From Octopus bimaculoides (lineage: Eukaryota): a stretch of 64,000 bases of DNA. How positions within the stretch are numbered: position 1 is the first letter of the stretch; every line of letters starts with the position of its first letter. The translations under genes and the position numbers were made by a program. The stretch is taken from positions 127,100,477-127,164,476 of the forward strand of contig NC_068983.1 of the NCBI RefSeq assembly GCF_001194135.2, given 5' to 3'. Of the stretch, positions 38,462 through 51,479 are shown one piece after another. The notes under the pieces are model-generated. The model was not told the DNA's origin. It did no database searches and saw only the letters and a list, made by a program, of their open reading frames with translations.

Positions 38462-38801
38462 TTGGGGAAATTTCGAACCTGGGTTCTCATTCTTAAGGTA
38501 GTTTTTGATGTTTTTGTTGTTATTATTATTATTAGTGTTATTATTATAACTATAAGTATTATTATTATTATCTTTTTTTTTCTTCTTCAAATTTTTTTCC
38601 CATTTCTCGCCGAGTGTTTTCCGTACACCTAAGGCAGAGAAANNNNNNNNNNNNNNNNNNNNNNNNNNNNNNNNNNNNNNNNNNNNNNNNNNNNNNNNNN
38701 NNNNNNNNNNNNNNNNNNNNNNNNNNNNNNNNNNNNNNNNNNTCTATGCCCTGTCTGTATTTGCCAAGGGAAGTTATCTTTCCCATCTTGATTTACGATA
38801 C

Positions 38802-38844
38802 GTACGTACTCGAGTGCCAGGGTTATTTCCCTTCTTCAGCGTAC
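38802..38844 (-). ncRNA. type I hammerhead ribozyme, family B (left arm; GAAA core mutated to GGCA)
   Basis: Minus strand: GTACG CTGAAGA AGGG AAATAA CCCT GGCA CTCGAG TA CGTAC. Confidence 0.7.
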
Positions 38845-39013
38845 GACAATCGCCGACCTTCGATGCAAAAAACATCCCTTGGCAAATATATGTAACTTTC
38901 TCAAGTGAACTTATTCACTGATATCGAAAAAGTGAAGACAAGCAATGTTACATCTCTGAACGTTACATATATTTGCCAAGGGATGCCTTTTGCATCGAAG
39001 GTCGGCGATTGTC

Positions 39014-39056
39014 GTACGCTGAAGAAGGGAAATAACCCAGAAACTCGAGTACGTAC
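39014..39056 (+). ncRNA. type I hammerhead ribozyme, family B (right arm; intact catalytic core)
   Basis: GTACG CTGAAGA AGGG AAATAA CCCA GAAA CTCGAG TA CGTAC. Perfect 5-bp helix I, GGG/CCC helix II, palindromic ACTCGAGT helix III, GUA triplet with predicted cleavage after 39051. Confidence 0.85.
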
Positions 39057-40038
39057 GTATCGTAGATCAATATAAGAAAGATAACTTCCCTTGGCAAATA
39101 CAGACAGGGCACAGATGTGTGTCGATAGCCAGCTGGAGGAGATGCCCTCCTGGGGCTAAAAGCAACAGTAACATCCACCCCTCGGGGTCAGCCACATTTA
39201 AGAGGCAAATATACTTCACTATATTTCANNNNNNNNNNNNNNNNNNNNNNNNNNNNNNNNNNNNNNNNNNNNNNNNNNNNNNNNNNNNNNNNNNNNNNNN
39301 NNNNNNNNNNNNNNNNNNNNNNNNNNNNNNNNNNNNNNNNNNNNNNNNNNNNNNNNNNNNNNNNNNNNNNNNNNNNNNNNNNNNNNNNNNNNNNNNNNNN
39401 NNNNNNNNNNNNNNNNNNNNNNNNNNNNNNNNNNNNNNNNNNNNNNNNNNNNNNNNNNNNNNNNNNNNNNNNNNNNNNNNNNNNNNNNNNNNNNNNNNNN
39501 NNNNNNNNNNNNNNNNNNNNNNNNNNNNNNNNNNNNNNNNNNNNNNNNNNNNNNNNNNNNNNNNNNNNNNNNNNNNNNNNNNNNNNNNNNNNNNNNNNNN
39601 NNNNNNNNNNNNNNNNNNNNNNNNNNNNNNNNNNNNNNNNNNNNNNNNNNNNNNNNNNNNNNNNNNNNNNNNNNNNNNNNNNNNNNNNNNNNNNNNNNNN
39701 NNNNNNNNNNNNNNNNNNNNNNNNNNNNNNNNNNNNNNNNNNNNNNNNNNNNNNNNNNNNNNNNNNNNNNNNNNNNNNNNNNNNNNNNNNNNNNNNNNNN
39801 NNNNNNNNNNNNNNNNNNNNNNNNNNNNNNNNNNNNNNNNNNNNNNNNNNNNNNNNNNNNNNNNNNNNNNNNNNNNNNNNNNNNNNNNNNNNNNNNNNNN
39901 NNNNNNNNNNNNNNNNNNNNNNNNNNNNNNNNNNNNNNNNNNNNNNNNNNNNNNNNNNNNNNNNNNNNNNNNNNNNNNNNNNNNNNNNNNNNNNNNNNNN
40001 NNNNNNNNNNNNNNNNNNNNNNNNNNNNNNNNNNNNNN

Positions 40039-40085
<47 letters not shown>

Positions 40086-41430
40086 GTGTGTGCTCATATA
40101 TATATGTATGTTTGCATATGCATGCATTGCATAAAATATAAAACGTAGCGTGCGTGTTTGGAGATATTTGTGTACATTGTAATCAGATTTTCTTTCAATG
40201 ATGTTAGGATTGCCACTGTTCAATACCAAACGCATAATACGCCTAAATATTATGTTCAGCTTTAATTCCATTTAGTACATTAGTGCTGAATCATAAGTCG
40301 TATCAGAAGAATAATGTAAGGGCATTTATAATATGATGAAACTCGCTTTTCAATCAATCAGTGATGTGAATTCAGTTAAACCTGATGAAAGCAGCAACGC
40401 CTGATTTATGTCATATATTATAAGTTTTAACAGACATGAAGCACTTTTGATTTCAGGACTCAAACTGTTACATAGAATATTTTCGTACAAATGTATCATG
40501 GACAATGCAGAGCCGAACATACAAGTAGATCGAAAATAGGGATTATTAGACAGTACTCAGAATCATCGGTCTGTTATATAAATTCTGCTTGTTGGTAGTG
40601 AAAAATATAACGAGGCCTGCACTACTTTCACTTCATATTCTTTTCGATGTTTAGTTGAATTGCTTTACAACGCAATTCTGCACTCAACTCTCTCTAGCGT
40701 TTTCCGAAATTCAAGTTATATGATGTACTTTTGGGTCATCTTCCAGTGCAAGTTAGATAGATTCAAAATAGTCTAGGCGTTGTGTTCATCGGTCTTTGTA
40801 ACTATAGCCGCCTTGCTGGAGATTTTTATATAACTGCTCGCCAGGGAGTTAGTTAATCTTCAGTTCACCACCACTCTCAAACACTTTCAATGAGGTCAAA
40901 TTACAGGTAGATAGGAATATAGACAAACAAAAGAAAATACGGTTAATATATCTTGTGTTCACTGAGTTCTCGGAACCACCAGCTAGAGTACATAAATCTG
41001 ATATTTGTTTGTATAAACTGCTCTTCCAATTATTTTGAAATGTCTTTATAGCTTTCGAATTATAGGAGTAGCAATACACCTCTATTGAAACCTGCGTTTA
41101 CAATATGGTAGAATAGAAATACTAGAAGAAAAATGTCTCTCCTGCAAATAATTTGAACAGCATTTCCTATATTATATTAAAGAACATCGAAGAAGATTCT
41201 TTGATGAGTGCTTTATATTTTGGAATAGAAGAAAGCGGATCGACCTAGCGCAATATGGCAATAAATTAAAGAAAATGGTTTTTTTTTGTATGTGTGTAGA
41301 GGGGTATTCTGGAAATTAAGGAAAATCAGATGAGGGGCACGGGCACGTACCAATGCTCAGATTTAGGTCTTGCCACCCATCTCATTTTAAAAGTAGTAAC
41401 CCGATTATATCCAATTGCTACAATCATGCA

Positions 41431-41492
<62 letters not shown>

Positions 41493-41805
41493 NNNNNNNN
41501 NNNNNNNNNNNNNNNNNNNNNNNNNNNNNNNNNNNNNNNNNNNNNNNNNNNNNNNNNNNNNNNNNNNNNNNNNNNNNNNNNNNNNNNNNNNNNNNNNNNN
41601 NNNNNNNNNNNNNNNNNNNNNNNNNNNNNNNNNNNNNNNNNNNNNNNNNNNNNNNNNNNNNNNNNNNNNNNNNNNNNNNNNNNNNNNNNNNNNNNNNNNN
41701 NNNNNNNNNNNNNNNNNNNNNNNNNNNNNNNNNNNNNNNNNNNNNNNNNNNNNNNNNNNNNNNNNNNNNNNNNNNNNNNNNNNNNNNNNNNNNNNNNNNN
41801 NNNNN

Positions 41806-41852
<47 letters not shown>

Positions 41853-43544
41853 TGTGTGCGTTTGTGCGTCTGTATTTAGACGTATCAGTATGTGTGCACG
41901 CATATGTTAAGTCGTTGTCGGTGTTTCACTTTGCCAATTATTGAAATGTCTGAGTAAAGAATGAACGCGTCAATGTATAAAAGAAAATATTCGAAAGCAC
42001 ATTGTAATACGATTAGACATTGAGGTGATTCGTTGCCAAATTATCTCTCTAAAAAAATCCGCAACCAATTATCTGATCAACTGTTATGCCCAGTACACGT
42101 GATATAGTTAAAGCTTTTACAGTATTATAGACTAATTAAAAATATTTTTTCAAAATGTATTATGTTTCGTGTGATCCTAATGCCTTAAATAAGAATACGC
42201 TATTTTAACGAAGCTGTATTTGGCAACTTGCAGAGCATGATAAAATAATGTTGTTGCTTGAGGGTATTCAGCAATCTCGATGTTCGTTCGAAATAGTGTT
42301 TCCCGGTAATTATAGTTTACATTTGTACGACAGTCATATACAAATATCTTATGGTGACAGGATTTACTTCTTAATAGAAGATGTTTCAATAGTTAGTATT
42401 TCTACCATCGAAACACCAACTAGATTTGAATAGTCAAGTAACGTGACGTACGCCTTTAATGTCTATCTCGCTACAAATTTTACCGTGTAGTTTCTATAGA
42501 TTTTCATTCAATATTGATTTTCTGGAGTAATCTCATTTCTAAAAACTATGGCTTCAACATCAGAAAGAACCATGCCATTGGGCGTGTGGATAGGTAGAAG
42601 TTGTTATTACGAAGTTGTAAAATATATTTCGTTTTCGTACTAGAATTTGTTTTCAGCAAGGAAATTGAGATTACTTTTATAGCTATTTTTAACAACCTCA
42701 AAATTTTCATACTCCACAAAGCTCTTATTTATATTTCTTAGAAAAATACAAGTATCATTAGAGGGAGCGTGTATTTCGTGGGCATTATGGTATATCTTAT
42801 CAACTGTATAATTTGGGGGTTTAATATTTCTCATGTTCTGTATATAAATTATTTTGTGTCTGAAGCTACTGTCATGTTCTACAGTGTTATAAAAATTTTA
42901 TCGCACTATTAAATGAATTAAAAAAGAAATCTTGGATATAAGCTTTACTGAAATATCTTCTACGCAAGTTTCTTATATGAGCAGTATTCCTAAGCCGATG
43001 CCTTTAGAGTTATATTAGAAATTAATGAATACGTCCGCCTCTATTTTGATATACTTGTTTAAATATCAAAATGAAGTCTCTCGACAGCATTCATTGTTTG
43101 ATAATTCGTACGTTGTAACGGAATCAGTCGTACGCGATTGTAGACACCGAAATCTCAATGAAAGCATGCCTTCTGTAATATTTTAAGTATAAAGAATACT
43201 ATCAAAACCTAAACACCAGCCATGCCATGTTTCATGCCTAAATCTAAAATATATCGATATCATGCATAATCCATCAATGAATTATTCTAGAAATATATTA
43301 TATTAGCATGCTAATAATAGCATGGAATCTCGGGAAGCACAGAATATTTTTCCATAACGTAAACGATTTCTTATAAATAATGCAGTATGCTAGGTGTGAT
43401 TATGAGAACCGATGCAATCTACACTGAATTCTCGCATTTCTACTTTATTTTCTATATTTAGGTTCATTTCTGTGTAAATTAATATAAAATATAATATAAG
43501 TGAAAATTTTAATTATGTTATTATTAGGTGATAGATATCTATCA

Positions 43545-43650
43545 CGTAAGACGACATTACATTTCATCCTTTCGGGATCGGTAAAATAATATGGGATAGA
43601 AATAAAACGACTTAATTCCTCCCCAGAATTTGCTAGCCATGTCCTAAAAT
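43545..43650 (+). mobile_element. partial SINE family 2 copy
   Basis: TTTCATCCTTTCGGGATCGGTAAAATAA..CGACTTAATTCCTCCCCAGAATTTGCTAGCC. Confidence 0.6.
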
Positions 43651-44085
43651 TCATAACCAATATTTAGACTCAACCATATTTTCAATATTTCTTTACATTG
43701 GTAAAATTTCAAAGTAATATATCTTAAATTTCTAAACCCATAATTGAATATTTTTAATTAAGGTAAAATATACAATTAAATTAAATAATGGTTCCAAGTA
43801 CTTCAACGTTATAATAAACTGTGTAAATCGAAAAATAAATATTTCCTTTACAAACATTATTCCATTCTATATAATGATAACGTTTCCTATACCTGGTGCA
43901 ACGATGGCCAATCCCATTATTTTATTTTCCATTTTTGGGCATATACATTGTCATTGATGTTTATTCGGTAACACTTTTTCTGATATTCATTGAGAATGGT
44001 CCAATACCAACTGCTGATATTTTCTTTTACACATATTTGTCTTGCTCTTCCCTGAATGTGGCTAATAAGGAAAACACCCCCCGCA

Positions 44086-44130
<45 letters not shown>

Positions 44131-44358
44131 AGGTAATCATCAACAATAACATTTCATTAAGAATAACTGTTTCCTTGTTTTCAGGAATTGAACATATATG
44201 CTCAAGAGAGATAGTGAAATATAAGAAATTTTGCAGATGAATTTTGAAGGGTTATTTTTATTCATTGCCTCGTTGCTTGCCTGCTTAGCATCAGATTTGA
44301 AGAACCTTCAACTTATAACAATAAGGATACGCCTCCTCCTCCTCCCCCTCCTTCTGCT

Positions 44359-44389
<31 letters not shown>

Positions 44390-44397
44390 TTGTTGTA

Positions 44398-44514
44398 AAA
44401 GGAATTCTTGTGGATGAAAAGATTAATTGCTTATAAATAACATGATTGTAGAGAATTGCAGGAGAAAAAGAAAAACCTGAATATGGTATGGATAGAATAC
44501 AGTAAAGTGTTTGA

Positions 44515-44570
<56 letters not shown>

Positions 44571-44606
44571 TTATTATTATTGTTATTATTATTATTATTA
44601 TCATCC

Positions 44607-44700
<94 letters not shown>

Positions 44701-44720
44701 CATTATTATTATTATCATTA

Positions 44721-44773
<53 letters not shown>

Positions 44774-45030
44774 GTTATTATTATTATTATCATCATCCTT
44801 AGTATTATTATTATTATTATTATTATAATGTGAAAACCAATATAATAAGGTCTGTTTTTTGATTGACAAGCGCAATTAACTGTTAACATAGTATCTCGGG
44901 AAAGGAATTTGATAAGCTCAGAAAATATAAAGATTTGCTAATCGAAATTGAAAGTCGTGGCATCTCAAGACGGTCATAGTGCCAGTGATTGTCGGAGCAC
45001 TTGGACTGATCTAAAAAGGAATATTATCAC
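44398..45030 (+). mobile_element. internally deleted RLE-type LINE remnant: RT fragment, (ATT)n tract, RLE endonuclease fragment
   Basis: 44398-44516 reads G*KD*LLINNMIVENCRRK.KNLNMVWIEYSKVFD (RT motif, cf. AWIDYKKAFD). 44830-45030 reads SISGKEFDKLRKYKDLLIEIE..WHLKTVIVPVIVGALGLI (RLE C-terminus). Confidence 0.75.
44515..44826. repeat. ~310-bp (ATT)n microsatellite
   Basis: Direct reading of the sequence. Confidence 0.97.
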
Positions 45031-46462
45031 AGTATTAGTACATATGAGCCAACTAAGGACATATATACCCAATCATAAGGCTTCCCAATTAAACAAGTGA
45101 GTAGTGACGTGTTGATTGATCAACAAATCATGTCAAATTTCCGGTGAGAGTTAGAAATATCGATGAAATGTAAAGTTGTTTCGACTCGAAAATATCAATC
45201 ATGAGGGTGAATAGGAGAATGAGTTTGAAATTAAATATTTAAAGGTGTTTCTATTCTAAACATATCGTTAATCTTAATGGCCTCGCTAATAAAAAATGAT
45301 ATTGGCAAAACGGATTGCCAGTACCAAAACGGATTGATACTGGCAATCATAAAGATTTATAGAGCATTTATCAAGCGAGACGCATGCATCGTGGCCCTAA
45401 ACGTGTTTCGCGATAACTGCAGATATTGCTCTAAAAATTATCCCCATTTACTGTGCTATACTGTTTAGTAGATTAATAACAACATGACTTATAATTTCTA
45501 GCATTACGCATTCATTTATTTGCTTCATCCTGACTAACGCGTTCCAATTAATTATTGCAGATCTAAAAGAATATCAACTTTAATTAACGGGGATACTGTT
45601 AATCATAGTACATGGAAAAAATACCTTAAGAAGAATCGCAGTTTAGAGAAGGTCTCTGCGAAATAATAGAAGAGGGAACGCGAAGAAAACTAGGAAAGAA
45701 AAGGAAAAGAAAACATTACTATACAGAAGGACATTCAAAAATACATTGGAACAATCAAAACAATTATTCGGATTATTAATATTAATATTTATATTATAAT
45801 GATAATATAATATTATGTTAATACATTAACATATGTCAGTTTGAGCTCTCCATTTTTCTCTTAATATTTGTCTTTTGTGTATATACACATTTGTATTGTA
45901 GAATTTTGTTCAACTATATCAGATATTAAACCAGTTAAACCAATGAAAATTGAATGCTTGCATCCCCATAAGACGAGATTATTTCATTGTATTGGATTAT
46001 ATATATAACTCTTTATGGAATGGAATTATTCTGAACTTTCTCTTTGAATTACATGCTTGTTTTACCTTAAATTGTTTTCATTTGCTAATTTGAAAACAGG
46101 TGCAACTCCTCTTTTAAAACTAATTCTCCGCTTAATCGTGAGAGTGTGCTTTGTCAAAGCAAATGATCTTCAGCACAGCCACATTGCCCCCCTGTCAATA
46201 TAGCTATTTCGCATTGTCGGCCTCGATCCTATACTGCATCCCCACAAGAGATATTCAGGGAATATAGAAGAATATACACATATAATGATACAAAAGTGTC
46301 AAATTTAAAAGTACAAAAAGAATAAAATAAAAAAAACACGGACACCCACCTATACGTGTATGTATGAGTGAGTGTGTAAGTACGAGTCTGTGTGTCTGCG
46401 TGTACGTATGTGTGTGCACGTGTGTATTCATATATGTGTGTGTGTGGGTGTGTGAGTATAAA

Positions 46463-46538
<76 letters not shown>

Positions 46539-49009
46539 TTTATTCTTTTACTCGTTTTGACGAATCAGCGTGTTCTCAGATGTGACGGATCAGTTAACGC
46601 TCCAGCTAAGTTCGAACTGTATTTTGACTAATGAGTATGTGTCTTAGGCATCATGGTTTGCTGGGTACGTCAAGGATTCCTTATTTGACCACACGGTTGT
46701 ATTTTGGAATGTCGTAAACAACATTCCTGCGTTCATTGAATTATAATATTACTTCAAAAATTTTTACATTTCAATCGAGTCAATGATTATTTGGTCAACA
46801 CTACTAACCTTGTCCTATCAATTTTATTATTGTTGTAGTGGCAGTAGCAGTAGCAGCAGTAGTGATAGCAGTAGTACTTGTCATTATGAACATCTATAGC
46901 TGTTAATATAACTGTGTATTTGGAATGGTTATCAATTTAACAATAAAATTCTTTTCTCTGCCTTTCTCACAATCTGACTTCTGTTGTGTGGATATATATA
47001 TATGTGGGGGGGGGTGTATGTGTGTTTTTATATATGTGTGTGGGTGTAAATGGATGTATTTATACTTGTGCGTATTGTACAGATGCAAAAATGCGAGAGA
47101 TAGTGAGAGTGACATTTTTTTATTCTGCTTGTTTTTTTGAAAGGTTGCGCTCATATACCTGCAGGCACGTTATAGGAATTATAGAAACTAACCCATATGT
47201 CTGCCTGATTGAATTTCGTTACTGAATTTAAGATATATAGCAGATATATTATGGATCGAGTAAACTCCAGTTTAACTCCACGGATGAATAAGTAGAAATA
47301 TTCATGCATGCTGATTGAAATGTTTCTAGAAATTGACCAACAATATTAAAGACTGAAAATGTATCACCTATTTTTTACTTTTAGGTACATTACAGATTGC
47401 TTGAAATTATTATTCCAAACTAAGTTTGCAAGTTTTAGAAGAGTTCATTTTCTTCTTACAGTTAGTGTTCGAGATTTTCAGATTCACACTTAAATATGTT
47501 TAGTATTAAACTAAGAATCTGGTCACTTTGATAAAGTTAGCAAAATGTATGAATAATATTTGTTTTTGCATCTGCAATAATGATGATAGTCATCATCTAA
47601 AACATCATGTGCTAATGTGTGTATGTTTGAACTAATCAGGATATAATTAATAATGTCGTTATAAATAGCGATACATTTCTAAGCGTTAACTACACTACTC
47701 TTAGCGATTGTGTCAAGTGAATACTATACCAGGACAGTACAAATAATATAAAAATATTTCATCTCAGTTCCTGGATTCCATCTTTTGTCATCAAATAAAA
47801 AGATGGACTCACACGCATACATTAATATTACCCACACACATGTGCAATGACACAAACTGTATATATTACATTTACCCTCAGGATAGCTACTAGTAAACAT
47901 CTTTTACGTCTGTTTGTTACGCACTTCTGCAAAGAGAATAGACGAGGAGAGAAAAAATAATGGAGAGTGAATAGTACTAACGTTTCAAGTAGACGGTCAC
48001 CACTTCTGAAATGCCCGGAGGATGAAGAGGGTGATTGAGGCATGAAGATATTGTTCCCTTCAGAGCTTGCGCGTGTGTATATTTGTGCATACGTGTGTGC
48101 GTTCTTATGGTTTTATGCAACATACTTTTGTGTATATATAAATGTTTATATGTACCTATTGTCTGCGTATATAATGCATGTGTTCTGTGTGTATGCTTGA
48201 GTGTGTGTTAGTTTCTGTCCCACTGTTCTCAGTTTGTGTTGTGCTTGTATAATGCTATCAGATAATATGTGTAAATCTAGTATGTGCTCGTATACAGTTT
48301 GTGTTTGTGCGCGTGTAAATGTATACATGAAACCGTATGTCTGTGTGTGAGTTTATCTTACGTATGTATGAGAATGTTAAGTGGGTTACACTGGATATAC
48401 ATTTTCGGCTGAATTGTGGCAGCGGTTCTAAGGTTTGGGAAGTGTAGAATTATGCTTTTATACTAACTACTTCAAGTGTGAAGACGGATATGGAGCGGTG
48501 CACACTAATACGTGGTGAGTATGAAGGCGTGACCGTGCGTGTGTGCAGGTACAGGTAAATGCCGTTTGAGCCTAAATGTTGTGTGTTGTTGAGTAATGAA
48601 TTGAACGGTGTAGGGTATATGTGTGTGGGGTAGAAGTGGGGATATTCAAACATGCATGTATCTAATAAAACAGAATATAGTAATGTGTTGTTTCCTAATC
48701 TAATTCATCAGAAAGTTACTTGTCCGCCTCAGCAAGTCATGTATTATTATTTGGCATGGCTGAAAGGAAGACGAGTGTTTTAAATCCTGCATTTTTGAGG
48801 AAATTGTTATAGTTTAAATATGATATATCGACTTAGGCATTACTTATCATATATCAAACACACAGCAAATCACAATGATGCAAGACCAGCCAATGAAGTT
48901 GTAGCTGCACTACAGCTGTTCAGATGTAGAAAAATTCAAAAGAAGTTTTTCTCAAATAAAGATCTAAAATGCCTAAAAATTGTCACTCATTTTCGGAATT
49001 AGCAATTTG

Positions 49010-49320
49010 TTTCACATCAATCTACGCCTTGCAAAGGATACATTGGTCTAACACACTCTGCAAGGTTTTGTCATCCAACAAACTGGCAGTGGAAGTTTTC
49101 AGCACTAATGAAAATAATCTTTGACAACTTAATTCTTCTGTGAGTGCACCATCGTCGCATGTGCTTACGAAGTTCTCTCAACTAAAAATCCACATTAGTG
49201 AGAACCTGTGCGCTGTTTCTTCCACAGCTTTCTCCTTTTATAAATAACTGATGTACCTGCCGTTACATCGAACAATGCCTATGCGTATGCAGATAACTCG
49301 ACATTTCATCGCGCGTTACT
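49010..49320 (+). mobile_element. very decayed LINE reverse transcriptase fragment (Jockey/CR1-like)
   Basis: Contains ..FYK/IN..DVPAVTSNNAYAYADNSTFH (YADD-like) preceded by a loose match to the SKAFDRVWH and GSVLSPTLF regions. Confidence 0.4.
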
Positions 49321-49679
49321 TTTTCCTCATTCATATGATAAATTTCACCGGGTACGAATAATATTTCTAAATTTTCACCGGGTAAAATATATATTTGTAC
49401 ACTTTCCATATCTCGTGTTTGTTCTATCAACGCTCTTTATATCGCTGCACCAAAATCAAAATAACGTACGCAATCGATTGTGTTGGATTGGATTGGAATT
49501 TTAAGACAAAAAATGTAACGTTACGAGAATTGCTCTTTGTTCTTCAGAAAGCAGAAAGAGAAAACATGTCTGGAGGAAGGGAAAACATACCGAGAAAGGC
49601 ACGTGGTAATTATTGAGAAATGACTGATGGTTGTTTCTCTGTTTATGATGAACAACCTTCTATGGTGATTTTGGGGAGA

Positions 49680-49878
49680 ATAATACGTGCTGTTCATCTC
49701 TCGCTCGTACTCAAATCAACATTGCTTGTACAGGTATTCGGTGTGCCTCAAGTGTACGACCACATGAAATGAATTGGTTTTCGCGAAGAAAACAACCCAC
49801 CTTTCCGTCTAGAAATCAAAACCACAATCATGCGTTCATAAATGTAAGACACTCACCACTAGGCCACGCTCCTTCATA
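49680..49878 (-). mobile_element. SINE family 3 copy
   Basis: Reverse complement GGAGCGTGGCCTAGTGGTGAG..GGTTTTGATTTCTAGAC..GTTGTTTTCTTCGCGAAAACCAATTCATTTCA has A/B boxes and is homologous to 33503-33745. Confidence 0.65.
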
Positions 49879-51479
49879 CACCCACACACTAACCCGCGCG
49901 TACGAATCCACCTATCACTACATATCTTTTACATTACTCTGTACATAGACGTATGCATAAACAGACCTGAGGAAATGTACTTCGTGGTTCCAGGTGAGTT
50001 CATGTGTTTGGTGACAGTGAATATTGAATATATTGCTTCTGAAAGATTCAAGCTGGGGGCAAACATTCAAGTGACGCAAAATAAAGAATATACATAGTTA
50101 ATTTAAAATGAGCAGCCCANNNNNNNNNNTATATATATATATATATATATATGCACACATACTCACACACGTACAGCCACTTAGCTTGCATTATGCGTGC
50201 AAGACACGCACTGTTTACAAGAAGAAATCTCATCTTAGTACAATCAGAAGGGAATACAGTTTACCACGTAGCATTGTTGTATGCAAATGATTTATATTCA
50301 TGGGAAGTTGTAAAATCATTGAATATTTATATATTGAGCGTAGTTTGTGTAGACACGTTGCGTCTGTATAGGATCTGCTTGGAACAAAAGCAATGAATTG
50401 TTGTATTTGGAGAGAATGTTCATCGTTTGGCTTAAAAGAGTTTTGCTATAATTTTGTATTTCATGTTTTTACATTATTTATAACGCTACGTACACAAAAG
50501 CTTTTTGCACTGAAACGAAGGAACAACAATAAAGAAGTATCCGTTTTTAATTGAAATGCAATGATAAAATATGAATGGAATCACTATTTTTCCTATATTT
50601 CGATCGGCTGGCGATATTTTTCGTTTATTCTTTCTTTCTTTTCCGTGGGTGAATATAAATTCGTATAGAGCAAACGTAATGATGGCAAAGCTGAATTAAC
50701 AGCGGGTATAAAGAAGGAGCGGTTATTTGCAGTCAATTCATCAACACCATTATTTTTGTCTTATTTTCATTATATTTTTGTTGTCCAATGCTAAAACGCA
50801 TTCTACTATATCAATAATGAACGACATTGTACAAAATGCATGTACCGGTCACGATATTTTTCTCTATATTATACCTGTTAAAATCTCGATCACTATTAAA
50901 ATTTGGTTTGTATACAAACATCATTGCATGATGAGAGAGAGAGAGAGAGTGTGGAAAGGGAGTAGCAGAAGGCTGAAACAGACAGACAGAGAGTTTTATG
51001 CAACTTTTATGCCATTTCCCAGGAAAGAGGCTAAAAACATTAATGACAACATTACTACAACTTAATTAATGATTGTTTTATATATAAATCTCTATTGATT
51101 GAATATATTATCTTCGCTTACGGCACTACATTCATCAACGAAATCGTTCTAGCAGTGAATTCTTAACAAATGACATCTAAGTGATGTAAACGACAATCGA
51201 TGTAGCCGTTCCTATCCAGAGAAAGATGGGATTGAACAGGGTTGAAAATGTTAATTATTCATCTTCACAATTTCTGTTGGCCAATGAACAACTACTTAAG
51301 TAATTTGTTGTGTATTTTGTAAGTAAAAGAAGATGAAGGATTAACTATTCAGGCGAATTATTCAATCTGAGGATTATGAGTGGATTTTTTATTGCCGGCA
51401 ATGCTAGGAGAGATATGCACAGATTTCGAATCGAGTGAAAATTTGTGAATCGATAATGCGTAGCCTAAGGTTTTTTTAC

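Larger units (their letters stand above)
38743..39115. repeat. inverted duplication: two 154-bp arms (38743-38896, 38962-39115) with a 65-bp spacer
   Basis: The arms are reverse complements with 10 substitutions counted by eye. Each arm is itself bracketed by TATTTGCCAAGGGA / TCCCTTGGCAAATA. Confidence 0.95.
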
